From: Octopus bimaculoides | Lineage: Eukaryota | NCBI RefSeq assembly: GCF_001194135.2 | Contig: NC_069002.1 | Span: 15,008,516 to 15,072,515, forward strand | Reading direction: 5' to 3' | DNA length: 64,000 nt | Shown: in pieces, positions 1-12,992 of the stretch | How the letters are laid out: each line of letters starts with the position of its first letter | Numbering within the stretch: the stretch's first letter is position 1 | Position numbers and translations under genes: made by a program | Notes under the pieces: model-generated | What the model was told of the DNA's origin: nothing | The model's input: only the letters and a program-made list of their open reading frames with translations | Databases searched by the model: none

Positions 1-110
1 AGACATGGCTATTTGGTTAAGATTAACTGTTTAAGATTAACTCCAATATTAACTGTAAAACTTGAAATGTAGTCTGCAGCATAAGGTGTTTGTAAGCAAA
101 CTCCATAGAA

Positions 111-330
111 GGAGTTTGTAAGGACTGAAAAACAACATAGATTGCGGAGACTTCCAGGAGTGTAGTGGAGAGACTAAATAAGCACTGGAATGATTATAAT
201 GACAAGAAACTGTCCTCCATACTCTATCAACATGCCAAAGACCAGTATGATGGCACACTGCCAAAATTGACATCTGCATTTTGTCCAAGCATCCAAAGGA
301 CTCATCACTTAGACAAATATAAGAGTATAT
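111..330 (+). pseudogene. Degenerate GIY-YIG endonuclease fragment (Penelope-like retroelement)
   Basis: Frame starting at 111: GVCKD*KTT*IAETSRSVVERLNKHWNDYNDKKLSSILYQHA. It matches CxxC-x3-YIGETxR-x3-RLxEH if the stops were TGT/TAY and GCG was GGG. Confidence 0.55.
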
Positions 331-526
331 CCTTATAAACGAAATACTAATTAGGAAATACAAATAGAGGTACCGCAATGCCATAGGCGCTACCCTCAGA
401 GTATGCATACATGGATACTTTTGTAAGGAGGCAGTCAAGTAGGAAAATATGTAGGTCGCTAAGTAGATAGGTGGGAAGATAAGCAAGCAAATAAATAAGT
501 TAGTAGGTAGGGGTATATATATCATC

Positions 527-1090
527 ATCATCGTCGTCGTTTAATGTTCGCTTTCCATGCTAGCATGGGTTGGACGATTTGACTGAAGACTAGTGAACCA
601 GATGGCTACACTAGGCTCCAATCTGATTTGGCAGAGTTTCTACAGCTGGATGCCCTTTCTAACACCAACCACTCCAAGAGTGTAGTGGGTGCTTTTACGT
701 GCCACNNNNNNNNNNATGGCTACACTAGGCTCCAATCTGATTTGGCAGAGTTTCTACAGCTGGATGCCCTTTCTAACACCAACCACTCCAAGAGTGTAGT
801 GGGTGCTTTTACGTGCCACCAGCACGAAGGCCAGTCAAGCGGTACTGGCAATGGCCACGCTCAAAATGGTGTATTTTACATGCCCCCTGTACAGGAGCCA
901 GTCCAGCGGCTCTGGCAACGATCTCACTCAAATGTCTTTACACGTGCCACCGGCACAAGTGCCAGGAAGGCGACTCAGTGCACAGGTGCCATCACAATTT
1001 CACTTTTGCTTGCCCCAACAGGTCTTCGCAAGTCGAGTTACGTGTCTAATGAAGGAGACGACATTGGCATGGGTGCCAGTCGTCGAATTT
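527..1090 (-). mobile_element. Repeat family C: non-coding retroposon with (GAT)n tail (RTE-tail-like)
   Basis: GGTTGGYGTTAGRAAGGGCATCCAGC motif, ends AAAGCGRACRTTAAACGA(YGA)n. Other approximate copies: 13607-13950(-), 19990-20205(+), 30157-30370(-), 38735-39075(-), 47998-48192(+), 51292-51390(+), 63475-63775(-). Confidence 0.7.
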
Positions 1091-1354
1091 AGTTTGATGT
1101 GTAGCATTTGAAACTGAATCAATTTTCCAAAAGTTGCTATTGTCTTAAACAAGAAAAATGTAAACATGCAAGAAAGAACGAAGCTAACAATTCCTTTCAT
1201 ATTCTTCCTTGGAAACACAGTGAGAAGTTGATTGGTCCAGTCGAGGATTTCTCTTAGAGATGCAATCATCTGGGTCTCTAGGGTCATTATTTATAAACGT
1301 ATATTTGCTATATGAAATAAATGAATTGTTAAAACAAAGCAGTGAGTTCCTCAC

Positions 1355-1535
1355 CTTTACTACAATTTCCATTTTGATTACAATCATTGGGACACATAGA
1401 CTCAATAATATTTAGTGGTGGTCCTCTTGATCCATTCACTGTTATCCACAAGTCAACATTGTTTTCAATCGAAGTCAAACATTGTTCTTTTAAGTTCTCT
1501 AAAGCAGACGAAGCCCAAGACTTGTCATCGGTGAG
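1355..1535 (-). CDS. Exon C13: C8-like end + first half of EGF (gene continues below coordinate 1)
   Basis: gttgtag|[34 protein letters not shown]|GTGAGG; 181 nt, phase 0-1; no matching exon 14 found in 1..1354. Confidence 0.9.
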
Positions 1536-4500
1536 CTACAACAACAATAACAAAGATCACAATGAAATATCATGGAAACAGGGAAGAGAGTGATTTAGTA
1601 TATTGGTGTTTAATTAGATATACCAAGTCCTTAATTACAGTATTATGCATCAATGTGTAAAACTTGTTTCGTTTGAAATAATAAATTTTTGAAACACTTA
1701 GATAAAAGAAATAAATATTTAGGCACAGGAGTGGTTGTGTGGTAAGTAGCTTGCTTACCGACCACATGGTTCTGGGTTCAGTCCCACCATGTGGCACCTC
1801 AGGCAAGTGTTTTCTACTATAGCCTCAGGCCGACCAAAGCCTTGTGAGTGGATTTGGTTGACGGAAACTGAAAGAAGCCCATCATATATATNNNNNNNNN
1901 NNNNNNNNNNNNNNNNNNNNNNNNNNNNNNNNNNNNNNNNTATATATATATACATATGTGTGTTTGTGTGTCTGTTTGTACCCCCCACCATCGCTTGACA
2001 ACCGATGTCGGTGTGTTTATGTCCCCATAACATAGCGGTTCGGCAAAAGGAACCAATAGAATAAGTACTAGGCTTACAAAGAATAAGTCCTGGGATCGAT
2101 TTGTTCGACTAAAGGCGGTGCCCCAGCATGGCTACAGTCAACTGACTGAAACAAATGAAAGAATTTATATTGCAGTCTTCAACCATACTCTTTAAGGCCT
2201 GCATAATCTTGAGATCAAGATTTTATAGACATATCATTTCACCTTATGTTGTAACTGCTGTTCTTCCTCTCATATCATTTCGTAACTACTCCCCCTTCTA
2301 TGATTTCATTCTGCTTTCTCTCTCCCTCCAGCTCTTTATATTTGCTAGCAATACAAAACAACCTCCATTAGCCAAACTTCTCTTGAGAAGGGGAGCAGAA
2401 TTTTTTGCAATATCTTCCTGGTCATTGATTGCATACCCATGACTTTTTGCATATAATTCCTACAAGATATGATTATTACACAACTTTTGGCTTCCTGAAA
2501 CAGCTGTTAAGTTAAAAATTAATTAATCTCTTTATATATATTTTTTGGTTTGTATTCTGTATATCTTGTGTGCTCCATGTAAATATATAGTAATAATAAT
2601 GATTAATAATGAATGACAGTGATGAAAAATGAGAATGATACTGACAATATCAATTATAATGCTGTCATGATGATGATGATGATGATGACAATAATGATGA
2701 TAATAATGATGACAAAGATGATGGTAATGACAACAATCATAGCCACATCAGTTAAACTTACTTTGATATCTTCAACACATGAGGTTATTACATTTGAAAA
2801 GCTCACATCCTTAACTTTCTCACAATATTGGCCTGACTTGCTCTGCCGAATGAAGTCCATGCAATACTTGCGAGCATTTTCTTCTGTGATTCCACTTGGT
2901 GTTGGCCATGTACCCTCCTACAAAAGAAAGAAGTAAATAATAAAAATATTATTAAGAAACCAAAAGACATAATTCAAAACTCTGTGAAAAATAAAGCAGT
3001 GTGGTACTAGAGGTTAAGAGAGTGGGATTAACAGTGAGGGGATAAGAGAATGGGATTAACAGTGAGGGGCGAAGAGAATGGGATTAACAGTGAGAAGTTA
3101 AGAGAGTGGGATTAACAGTGAGGGGCTAAGAGAATGGGATTAACAGTGAGGGGCTAAGAGAGTGGGATTAACAGTGAGAGGATAAGAGAATGGGATTAAC
3201 AGTGAGGNNNNNNNNNNCAGTGAAAGATTAAGAGAGTGGGATTAATAGTGAGGGGATAAGAGAATGGGATTAACAGTGAGAGGTTAAGAGAGTGGGATTA
3301 ACAGTGAGAGGATAAGAGAATGGGATTAACAGTGAGGGGATAAGAGAATGGGATTAACAGTGAGAGGTTAAAAGAGTGAGATTAACAGTGAGGGGCTAGG
3401 AGAGTGGGATTAACAGTTAGAGGTTAAGAGAGTGGGAGTAATAGTGAGAGGCTAAGAGAATGGGATTAACAGTGANNNNNNNNNNGAGTGAGATTAACAG
3501 TGAGGGGCTAGGAGAGTGGGATTAACAGTTAGAGGTTAAGAGAGTGGGAGTAATAGTGAGAGGCTAAGAGAATGGGATTAACAGTGAAAGGTTAAGAGAG
3601 TGGGATTAACAGTGAGGGGATAAGAGAATGGGAATAACAATGAGAGGTTAAGACAGTGGGATTAACAGTGAGGGGATAAGAGAATGGGATAACAGTCAGA
3701 AGTTAAGAGTGGGATTAACAGCAAGAGGTTAAGAGAGTAACTACATTAGTTTTGCTGAAGTTTAAATAGTGGGCAAAAGCACATCATCATCCTCCTCATC
3801 ATCATCATAGTTGTTGTTTTTATGTTCACCTTTTCATGTTGGCATGGGTTAGAGGAGATGTGTTGAAGCAGTATTCTTGATGCCTTGCCTTCATGTTTTC
3901 AAGAAGGGTTCTTTGTTCCAAATGGGAATTTGTACATTGAACCACTGAGTGGGATGTTTAATTTTATGGAGGACACAAATGAATGTCACTGCACTGTTAA
4001 TGTGGACATAGAACAATTAATGTGGACATGCATGCTGACATGGAGAGAGACGGAGATGGTGAAATTGGTAACGGAGGAGAAAGAAACTCGAGAGGCTAGA
4101 GTAGAAGAAGGAGGAAGTTGCATGTTGGGAGTGGAAGGAGATAAAGTAGAAAGAGAAAGAAGTGATAGAGTAGAAAGAGAAAGAAGTGATAGAGTAGAAA
4201 GAGAAAGAAATGATAGAGTAGAAAGAGAGAGAGGTAAATAGGTAAGTAGATACATACCTACATACATACATACACAAATATATATACATATATGATTATA
4301 TGCAAACACATACACACATATAAACCATCATCCATCATCATCGTTTAACATCCACCTTCCATGCTGGTATAGACCCCAATCAGTCAGGAATGAGTATGGG
4401 GTTGCACCTAGAAAGTTCCATCTAAGGTACAAGTCCGATCAGGTTGTTTATGAAAGACCAGTAGTCGCCCATGCATACTGGTCTCCCCTCTCCATGCCAA

Positions 4501-7500
4501 CAGTGTTATCCAAGAGAAAAGTAAAGGTTGATATTGCTTGGCACCAGTGACATCATAACTCATTTCTACAGCTGGGTGAACTGGAGCAATGTGAAATAAA
4601 GTGTCTTGCTCAAGAAAACAACAATGAGCCCAGTCCAGGAATTGAACTCACTACCTCATGAATGTGAGCCTGATTCTCTATCAACTAAGCCATGCACAAC
4701 ACATAAGTACAGACATGCAAACATATATACGTACCTAAGAAAGAAACACAGAAAAAAGAGGGATATGATGTAGTGGTGGTGTATAAATAAGATATTATTT
4801 TACTTACAGGACTGGTATAATTATGGCTGACTTCAAATATTTCTCTTTGATCTGCTGAAACACATTTCCCAGTGACAGTAGCCTCTTCAAGTAGCATTTC
4901 AGTAATGTCTTTTACTGTAAAGAGAGATAATGGTGTAATTTAACTCAGAAAATATTGATACTGTACAAAACTCAGGCTTGTTCTACAATGGAGTCTTATT
5001 TCTATGTCTGGATCAATTCTACTGCTTACTGCTACAAACACAAACATTGTAGACTGCATTCAGAAAACAGTCGTCCAACAGATTGACAGAAAGTCACTCA
5101 CAGATAACTAGATTCTGGCCCACAGTTGCTCTGTGTCCTCTCTATGCTTTTTCTGCCCCTACTTTACTAGCATCTTCTCCTCACAGCTGTCCACACTTGT
5201 GACATCTACATCTGAGCATTCCTGATTCATTTGTTTCTGCTCTTCTCCTCTCCTCCCCTCATCATGTCTTTCCCACTGGTGTTGACTTACAATGCTTTGA
5301 GGTAAATATTAGCAGCATCAATCTCACTAATCTTCGAGAATCGGAAAAACCATGAGCACTCCCTCTTCCTCCAGAACCCCCTGCCCACCAGTGAAAAATC
5401 CAAAAAACAAAACAAGTTCATAAAAACATATTAAATAATATCAGTTTCTAACAAAGAGGTGGAGGCGCAATGGCCCAGTAGTTAGGGCAGCGGACTCACG
5501 GTCGAAGGATCGCTGTTTTGATTCCCAGACCGGGCATTGTGTGTGTTTATTGAGCGAAACACCTAAGCTCCACGAGGCTCCGGCAGGGGGTGGTGGCGAC
5601 CCCTGTTGTACTCTTTCGCCCCCAACTTTCTCTCACTCTTTCTTCCTGTTTCTTGAGTAACGTTGCGATGGACTGGCGTCCCGTCCAGCTGGGGTGGGGG
5701 GAATACATACGCCATAGGAACCGGGAAACCGGGCCCATTAGCCTGGTTAGGCTTTGAAAGGGCAACGTTTATCGTTTCTTTTTCTAACAAAGAAACAAAT
5801 TTGGTGGAAGGTGAAATACCAACATTATTTATTGTCTGTTTTCCATACTGAAATGGATTGGACAGTTTGACAGGAACTGGTAAGGCCAAGAATTGCATCA
5901 GGCTCCATTGTCTTCTTTGGCATGGTTTCTGTAGCTGCATGCATTCCCTAACACTAACCACTTTACAGAGTATGCTGGTTGCTTTTTATGTAGCACCAAC
6001 ACTGGTGCTTTTTACATGGCATTGACACCAGCACAGTTGCCAAGTAACCTGCAAGATGATTATCTCTCAGCTGGGGGAAGGAATGGAACCATGGAAGTGG
6101 TTGTGTGCCAGGTGAGAGGGATAGATATTGGCATCTTACTGGTTTTTAATGTATCACTAAGTTAACGGTGGTGGATGTCTGAAGATCAAAAGGTGCCATA
6201 TTTCCAGCTTGCCTTGTACAAACTTTCTCTCCATGTGTAGAAGTGATTTTAGTCATGCATTCTGCGAATGGTTGTAAGGAAGTTTATCAGAATCCATGTT
6301 GAAAGCTCGTCATGAAAAATGGTAGAACTGCAGTATTTTGATGCTCTACGGACTAATCTAGTTTCTACATGGTCACTCAATTTGCTAAACTAGCCAATGA
6401 GTAAATTTTAATGGGCCTGCTAGATATGCAAGAAATGGCAGCCAAATTTCCTTTAAATCATAGCTCATCATTTTTAAAAAAGGAAGGACAATGCAGTATG
6501 GGAAACTCTATAACTGTAAAATAAAGGCATGATAGTCATGGGTGGAATTATAGCTGCTGGCATGATGATGCACTATGTCAGGGTTTCAAATTATGATTAT
6601 TCTTTTGTTAGTATAGTATAAAAAACCAATTGGTACTTTGATGGTTGCAAGGAATAATTACATATCTTTAGCATTTTTTATTCAGTAACAGTGATAAGTA
6701 ATGATGAAGGATTAGTAGTGATAATACGAGCAGGAAAAAGATGAAATGTAAAATTAGAGACAAGTTTGATTTACCTTTTCCTCTACCATTTTTAATTTCA
6801 ACTTTTGAGCTATTCATCCTTTTGTTAATAGCATCACAGGACATCAGACCAAACCCACGGCCACACATTGCAGGCATCTTTTGACCACAAGTGCAATAGA
6901 TCTTTATGTCTGATTGTTTCTGACTTGTTTCTCCACAGAAACCATCATATAAAGAATTGTTCTCATAGACTCTGTTAAAAATGAAATATTTCTTATTTAG
7001 TGATCGTTAACAAAACAAGGATTTACAAATGGAAGAAATGAGCATAGATTTTTACGATTTTAGTTGATAGATTGGATGGAGCATAAATGAGTTGAAGGAG
7101 TTGCTGGGAACCAAATATAACAGGTAATGAATAAAAAAAGAACAATAATTCCATCAGTATGCGCCACAAATGGAAAACTTGTATTTGCTGACAGTGGAAG
7201 GTTGTATGAGTAAGGAGGAGATTAATAAAAGTGGCAAAGTAAAATGTCTGATTGTTTGGACTTCATGGACGAAATGAACAAGGATCAGCACAGGTGACAA
7301 TTATAAGAGTGAAGATCTTTCCAATCCAGTTCAACCTGAAGAAAACTGATGTTAAGGCAAGGATGGTAACTGAGCAGCTGAAGAGATGTTTGTAATAAAT
7401 ATATGTAATTTGTTTATTTTTTGTATAATATCAGGTCGCTCTTTAGCGCTACTGGTAACATGTAACCCAGTAGAACCTATCGCATGGTCGGGTCGTCAGT

Positions 7501-9099
7501 GACTAAACTGGAAACAGCATCAAGCTTGCTTGGTGAGGAGGGTGATTGTTGGGCACCCTGTGGGACAAAAATAAGACCCGTCAAAGGGTGGAAGAACTAA
7601 TGTGTAGTCAATGGCCAATTCAACAAGTACCTTGTTGTGGTGAAGTGCCATTGACCTAGAGTGCTATGCTGGAGGGAGAGAAATCTTCAGGCAGGTCTTA
7701 CCAGGCCGAAAAGTAGGAGACAGACAAAATCTTAATGACGATAAATCAAAGCGTTGGCAGCAGGGTGTGGATTTAGTTATCGGCAGGACCTAACAGATCA
7801 AGTTCCTGGCTTTGAACTAGCAGGATGTCATGCAGAGGATCTTAAATACAAGACAATGGATGGGACCCTAATATTCCTAGTTAGATGGAAACTGCGGGGC
7901 CACATGGAGCAGCACCCTAGGTCATCCCATAGGATGCCCCTCATAGGGGAAAAACTGAAACCTCTATGAGGGGGCATCCTATGCGGTGACCTAGATGAGA
8001 TGAAATACTTTTTGTTTATTATGAAGAAAACATCAAGGTTTATTTCATTGTTGTCATAAAAAAAAGAGTAAAGACCCTTTTTGGTCATGAATGACCATGG
8101 GATTGCACCTAGAAAGTTACCCTCCGAGGCACAAATCCAGGCAAGGTTGTTTATGAAAGACCAGCGGTCGCCCATGCATACCATTCTCCCCTCTCCACAC
8201 CACTGATGTTATCCAAGGGAAAGGCAAAGATCGATACAGCTTGGCACCACTGACATCATAACTCATTTCTACAGCTGAGTGAACTGGAGTAATGTAGAAT
8301 AAAGTGTGTTGCTCAAGAACGGAACACACAGCCTTATCCAAGAATTGAACTCACCACCTCATGATCGTGAGCCCAATGCTCTAACCACTGAGACATGTGC
8401 CTTCAGTGCCCTGGGATATCGCCATTAAATTACAAACATCTTCTCATAGCAGTACCTTAAAAATCAGCAATGAGTTGCAGACAAAGGAAGAAGCAGCTAC
8501 AAGATTTTCAGGAAGCAATAAGCAATAATAGGGGTTACGATTGACTATAGATCTGTTCGATGTTGGCTGACCTGGGTTTAAACACACAATATTAAAAATA
8601 TTTCTCTTACCTCCAGCTTAGCGAGAACTTATTTGGTTGAGATTTACTGGATGTTAATGTCTGTCCATCAGACATTAACAGATCATTCTTTGTGTTATGA
8701 TCAAAGGTTCCACACAAACCTATTAATATAAGAAAATTGATATAATTAAGACAACGAAAATGAAAGTAGCAATCAATATACACTGTGTGTGTGTGTGTGT
8801 GTGTGTGTGTCCAGTTTATTTGGTTCCAACTTCTTCATAAACAGTACAAACGTATTCCACATAATAATCATGAAGCCTCTTTGAGAAAGTTCTCTGTTAC
8901 ATTATTTTTGTATCCAATGGCATAGGAGTGGCTGTGTGGTAAGTAGCTTGCTTACCAACCACATGGTTCCGGATTCAGTCCCACTGCGTGGCATCTTGGG
9001 CAAGTGTCTTCTACTATAGCCTCATGCCGACCAAAGCCTTGTGAGTGGATTTGGTAGACGGAAACTGAAAGAAGCCCGTCGTATATATGTATATGTGTA

Positions 9100-9166
<67 letters not shown>

Positions 9167-9880
9167 TTGTGTGTGTTTGTCCTCCCAACATCGCTTGACA
9201 ACCGATGCTGGTGTGTTTGCATTCCAGTAACTTAGACGTTCGGCAAAAGAGACCGATAGAATAAGTACTAGGCTTCCAAAGAATAAGTCCTGGGGTCGAT
9301 TTGCTCGACTAAAGGTAGTGCTCCAGCATGGACACAGCCAAAAGACTGAAGCAAGTAAAAGAGTAAAAGAGTAATGTAAAACAATAAACATTTTGTTCCA
9401 AAATAACATCAGAATGTGATGTGTTTTATAAAGGGTTCTTGAAGAAATATATAAAATGTAAATCTGAAAAAAGAATGGACAGTATATAAAATAGGGGGAA
9501 AAAAGTAAGAAAATATTCAGCTATGTCAATGACTGGCCTTTGTTTTTAAGGGTCACAAAATAGTTTAACTTTCTCAAAGATTAATCTTTAGCTACCAATA
9601 AATTCTAACCATCCATATATACGTAAATATATTTTTTGGAATGGTGGTACTTGATACAGATAAAGCTATAAGTAACAGCATGTAAATATTGGGTGAAAAA
9701 AACTTTTGGGATATAAACAGTCAAAGTCTGGTCATGGGACTTGAACCCACATTTTTTGTTAACATGACAAATGTTTTACCATTGGACCAAAGCAATCTTT
9801 TAAATTTCTCAGTTCATTTTAGAAACTTTATTGTTATCAGTGAGAAATTTTATGTTGCTGATGTGTGTGTGTGTGTGAGA

Positions 9881-9933
<53 letters not shown>

Positions 9934-12612
9934 TGTGTGTAAAAGACATAGCTAAAGATGATGAAGATATAAGGGTGAAGGGTTGGTGAGTGTGCAGGGT
10001 GGGGTGTGCAGAGTGGATAACGGGAGCAAAGAGTAAAATGAAGATCACCGACCTTGTTTTGGAAGGGGAAAAAAAAAGAATTTTAAGAGCCAAAGCTTTT
10101 ACAAGCAGTGAGACACACTGACAATCAAGAGACGGTCGGAAAAAAAACTCCCTTACTATATTTATTCATTTGACTGTAACCATGCTGGAGCACCCCCTTG
10201 AAGGGTTTTAGTCAGAGAAATCGACCCCAGGACTTATTCTGTAAGCCTAGTACTTATTATATTGATTTCACTGCCAAACCACTAAATTATGGGGACATAA
10301 ACAAACCAGTATCGATTGTCAAGTGATGATGTGGGGGACAAACACAGCCAAGCATAAACATATATATGATGGGCTTGTTTCAGTCTCCATCTATCAAATC
10401 CACTCACAAAGCTTTTGTCAGCTCAAAGCTATATTAGAAGAAACTTGCTCAAGGTGCCATGCAGCAAGACACTATCTCACACTCTAACCTCTGAGATGTA
10501 AACTGTCTCCTAAAACAATAATCTTATTAAGAACAAGTAATATTAATATATTTAGAGATCAAATTATAAAGATAACATTATAAAGACAATTTTATTAATT
10601 ATAATTTAACATGAGCTTTATCTAGTTTAGCATACATAGAAATAATTGATAAGAATAAACCAGAGCTTTACCTTCAGTATTCTGGAAATCTAATGCAGAG
10701 GCCTTAAACCAGATGTTTATAAACTTAGAGAGTTTCTTACGGTTAACCAGTTGAATTGTTAGTATTCCTCCTGTTGGCAAAATTACCTGTAGGGTTAAAG
10801 TCAAGAGAATCATTTACATTATTTTCACATTTCTGTAATGAGAACATTACTGAACCTAGCCATTTCTGTACATGCAGTGTATGAAGAGGAGTTGTTGTTT
10901 AGTTCTAGATTCACTCCGACTGAGCAGACTTATAGTCAAAAGCATTCCAATTGCAACCATTCTTTCTCATATATTTTTTTCAAACATAATATCGCTAGAT
11001 CTATACAATCCAATGCAGACTTCTTATTTTTAAAGAAGGTAGGGTGTAATTTGAGAGTTTGCATTGTGTGGGTGTATTTTTACTTATTTTTTTATGGGTT
11101 GCTCAGATAGGGATGAGCAAAGAATATGACCATTTTAAGGAGCCTCTCTGACTGATGGGAGAGAGATTGGAAGTTACCCTCACACTGGAGACTTACAAAG
11201 TGGTATTAAAAAGTTACTGGACTAGTTCTGTAGCATGCCAACGCATGGCAGTGCACAATTGGCTCCTATAAATCAATACTGATGTCTCCTTGACATGTGA
11301 TTGATTGTACTTACTAGACAGACTTAGTCGGTAATGCTATTAGAGACCAATAAACCCACATTTGTTCATTAGTTTCGGTGGACTATAAGTCTTTAGCATT
11401 CCGGTTACTCTGTCAAAAGTAAAGCATATTTATTCTTTTATTCATTAATTCTTTTACTTGTTTCAGTGGGGTTGGGCATTGCTGGTTTAAATGCTAAAGG
11501 GCTAAAGTTATGCAAACACACAGATATGAACAGGGAATAATATACAAATACATGTATACTGAATTAAACACACATGCATACACAAATATGAACCATGAAC
11601 ACACATTTATTTATCGACACATGTACAGACAAAAATACATATATATGTGTGTGTTTCTGATACATGAATAAAGATGGAGTTAGTTTAAAAAGACAAGACA
11701 GAAGACAGCTTGTTAGTAATCTACCGTACCTGATATTTTCTTCCTTCTCCAAACTGGAGGATTTTAGTTCCTGGGTTCAATTTTCCATTTAAGTAAATCT
11801 TTCTTATAATTTTTGATTTCGTAACACCTGTTTTAGCGCTTGCCCCACAATGGTCAAACACAATGACATCATCATCGGATTTAATAGCTACACCACAGTT
11901 ACAAGAAGCACGTCCATTGCAACTACGGTAGAATGTATGTATCTGAAAAATAATATATATATATATATATACGTATCATCATCATTTCATCAGTATCAAT
12001 ATTTTAACGTCCTCTTTTCTTTGCTGAAATGGATCAGACGAAAGTCATAGAAGCAGATTTTTTACAGTCAGAAGCTCTTCCTTTTACCAGCCCACAGCTT
12101 TTTCCAAATAAGGTAGTATTTCCCCATAACTAGATATGTTTTCATGGAAGACTGGAAACAAATAGCACTGCTTGTATGACTTATTTATTACTATCATGAT
12201 ATATGTCTGTGTGTGTGAGTGTGTGTATCTTTTACTTGTTTCAGTCATTATGCTGGGGCACCATTTTGAAGAATTTTACTCCAATAAATCAACTGTAGCA
12301 TTTGTTTGTTTTTAAGCAAGTTACTTATTCCATTGGCCTCCTCTACTGAACTGCTAGGTTACAGGGATGTAAACACACCGACACCAGTTATCAAGCAATG
12401 AAGAGGGACAAACACTGACACCAAACACACAGAGAAATATATATATATGCATATATAATAGGCTTCTTTCAGTTTCAATCTACCAAATCCACTCAAGACT
12501 TTGGTTAGCTCAGAGGTATTGTAGGAGATACTTGCCCAAGGTGTCACATAGTAAGACTGAACCTGAAACAATGTGGTTAGGAAGCAAACTTCTTACCACA
12601 GAGACCTGCCTG

Positions 12613-12693
<81 letters not shown>

Positions 12694-12948
12694 NNNNNNN
12701 NNNNNNNNNNNNNNNNNNNNNNNNNNNNNNNNNNNNNNNNNNNNNNNNNNNNNNNNNNNNNNNNNNNNNNNNNNNNNNNNNNNNNNNNNNNNNNNNNNNN
12801 NNNNNNNNNNNNNNNNNNNNNNNNNNNNNNNNNNNNNNNNNNNNNNNNNNNNNNNNNNNNNNNNNNNNNNNNNNNNNNNNNNNNNNNNNNNNNNNNNNNN
12901 NNNNNNNNNNNNNNNNNNGCACTAAGATGGTAATAGACAGAAATTGCC

Positions 12949-12992
<44 letters not shown>

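Noticed and set aside
49-531. 160-aa minus-strand ORF as the missing exon C14
   Set aside because: No EGF/IPT similarity to A14/B14 in any minus frame; the + strand is better explained as a GIY-YIG relic plus low-complexity DNA.
600-825. Apparent 105-bp tandem duplication
   Set aside because: The two copies are identical and straddle a 10-N gap; most likely a scaffolding overlap artefact.
3007-3740. CRISPR-like array
   Set aside because: Contiguous tandem units with no unique spacers, eukaryotic context and no cas genes.
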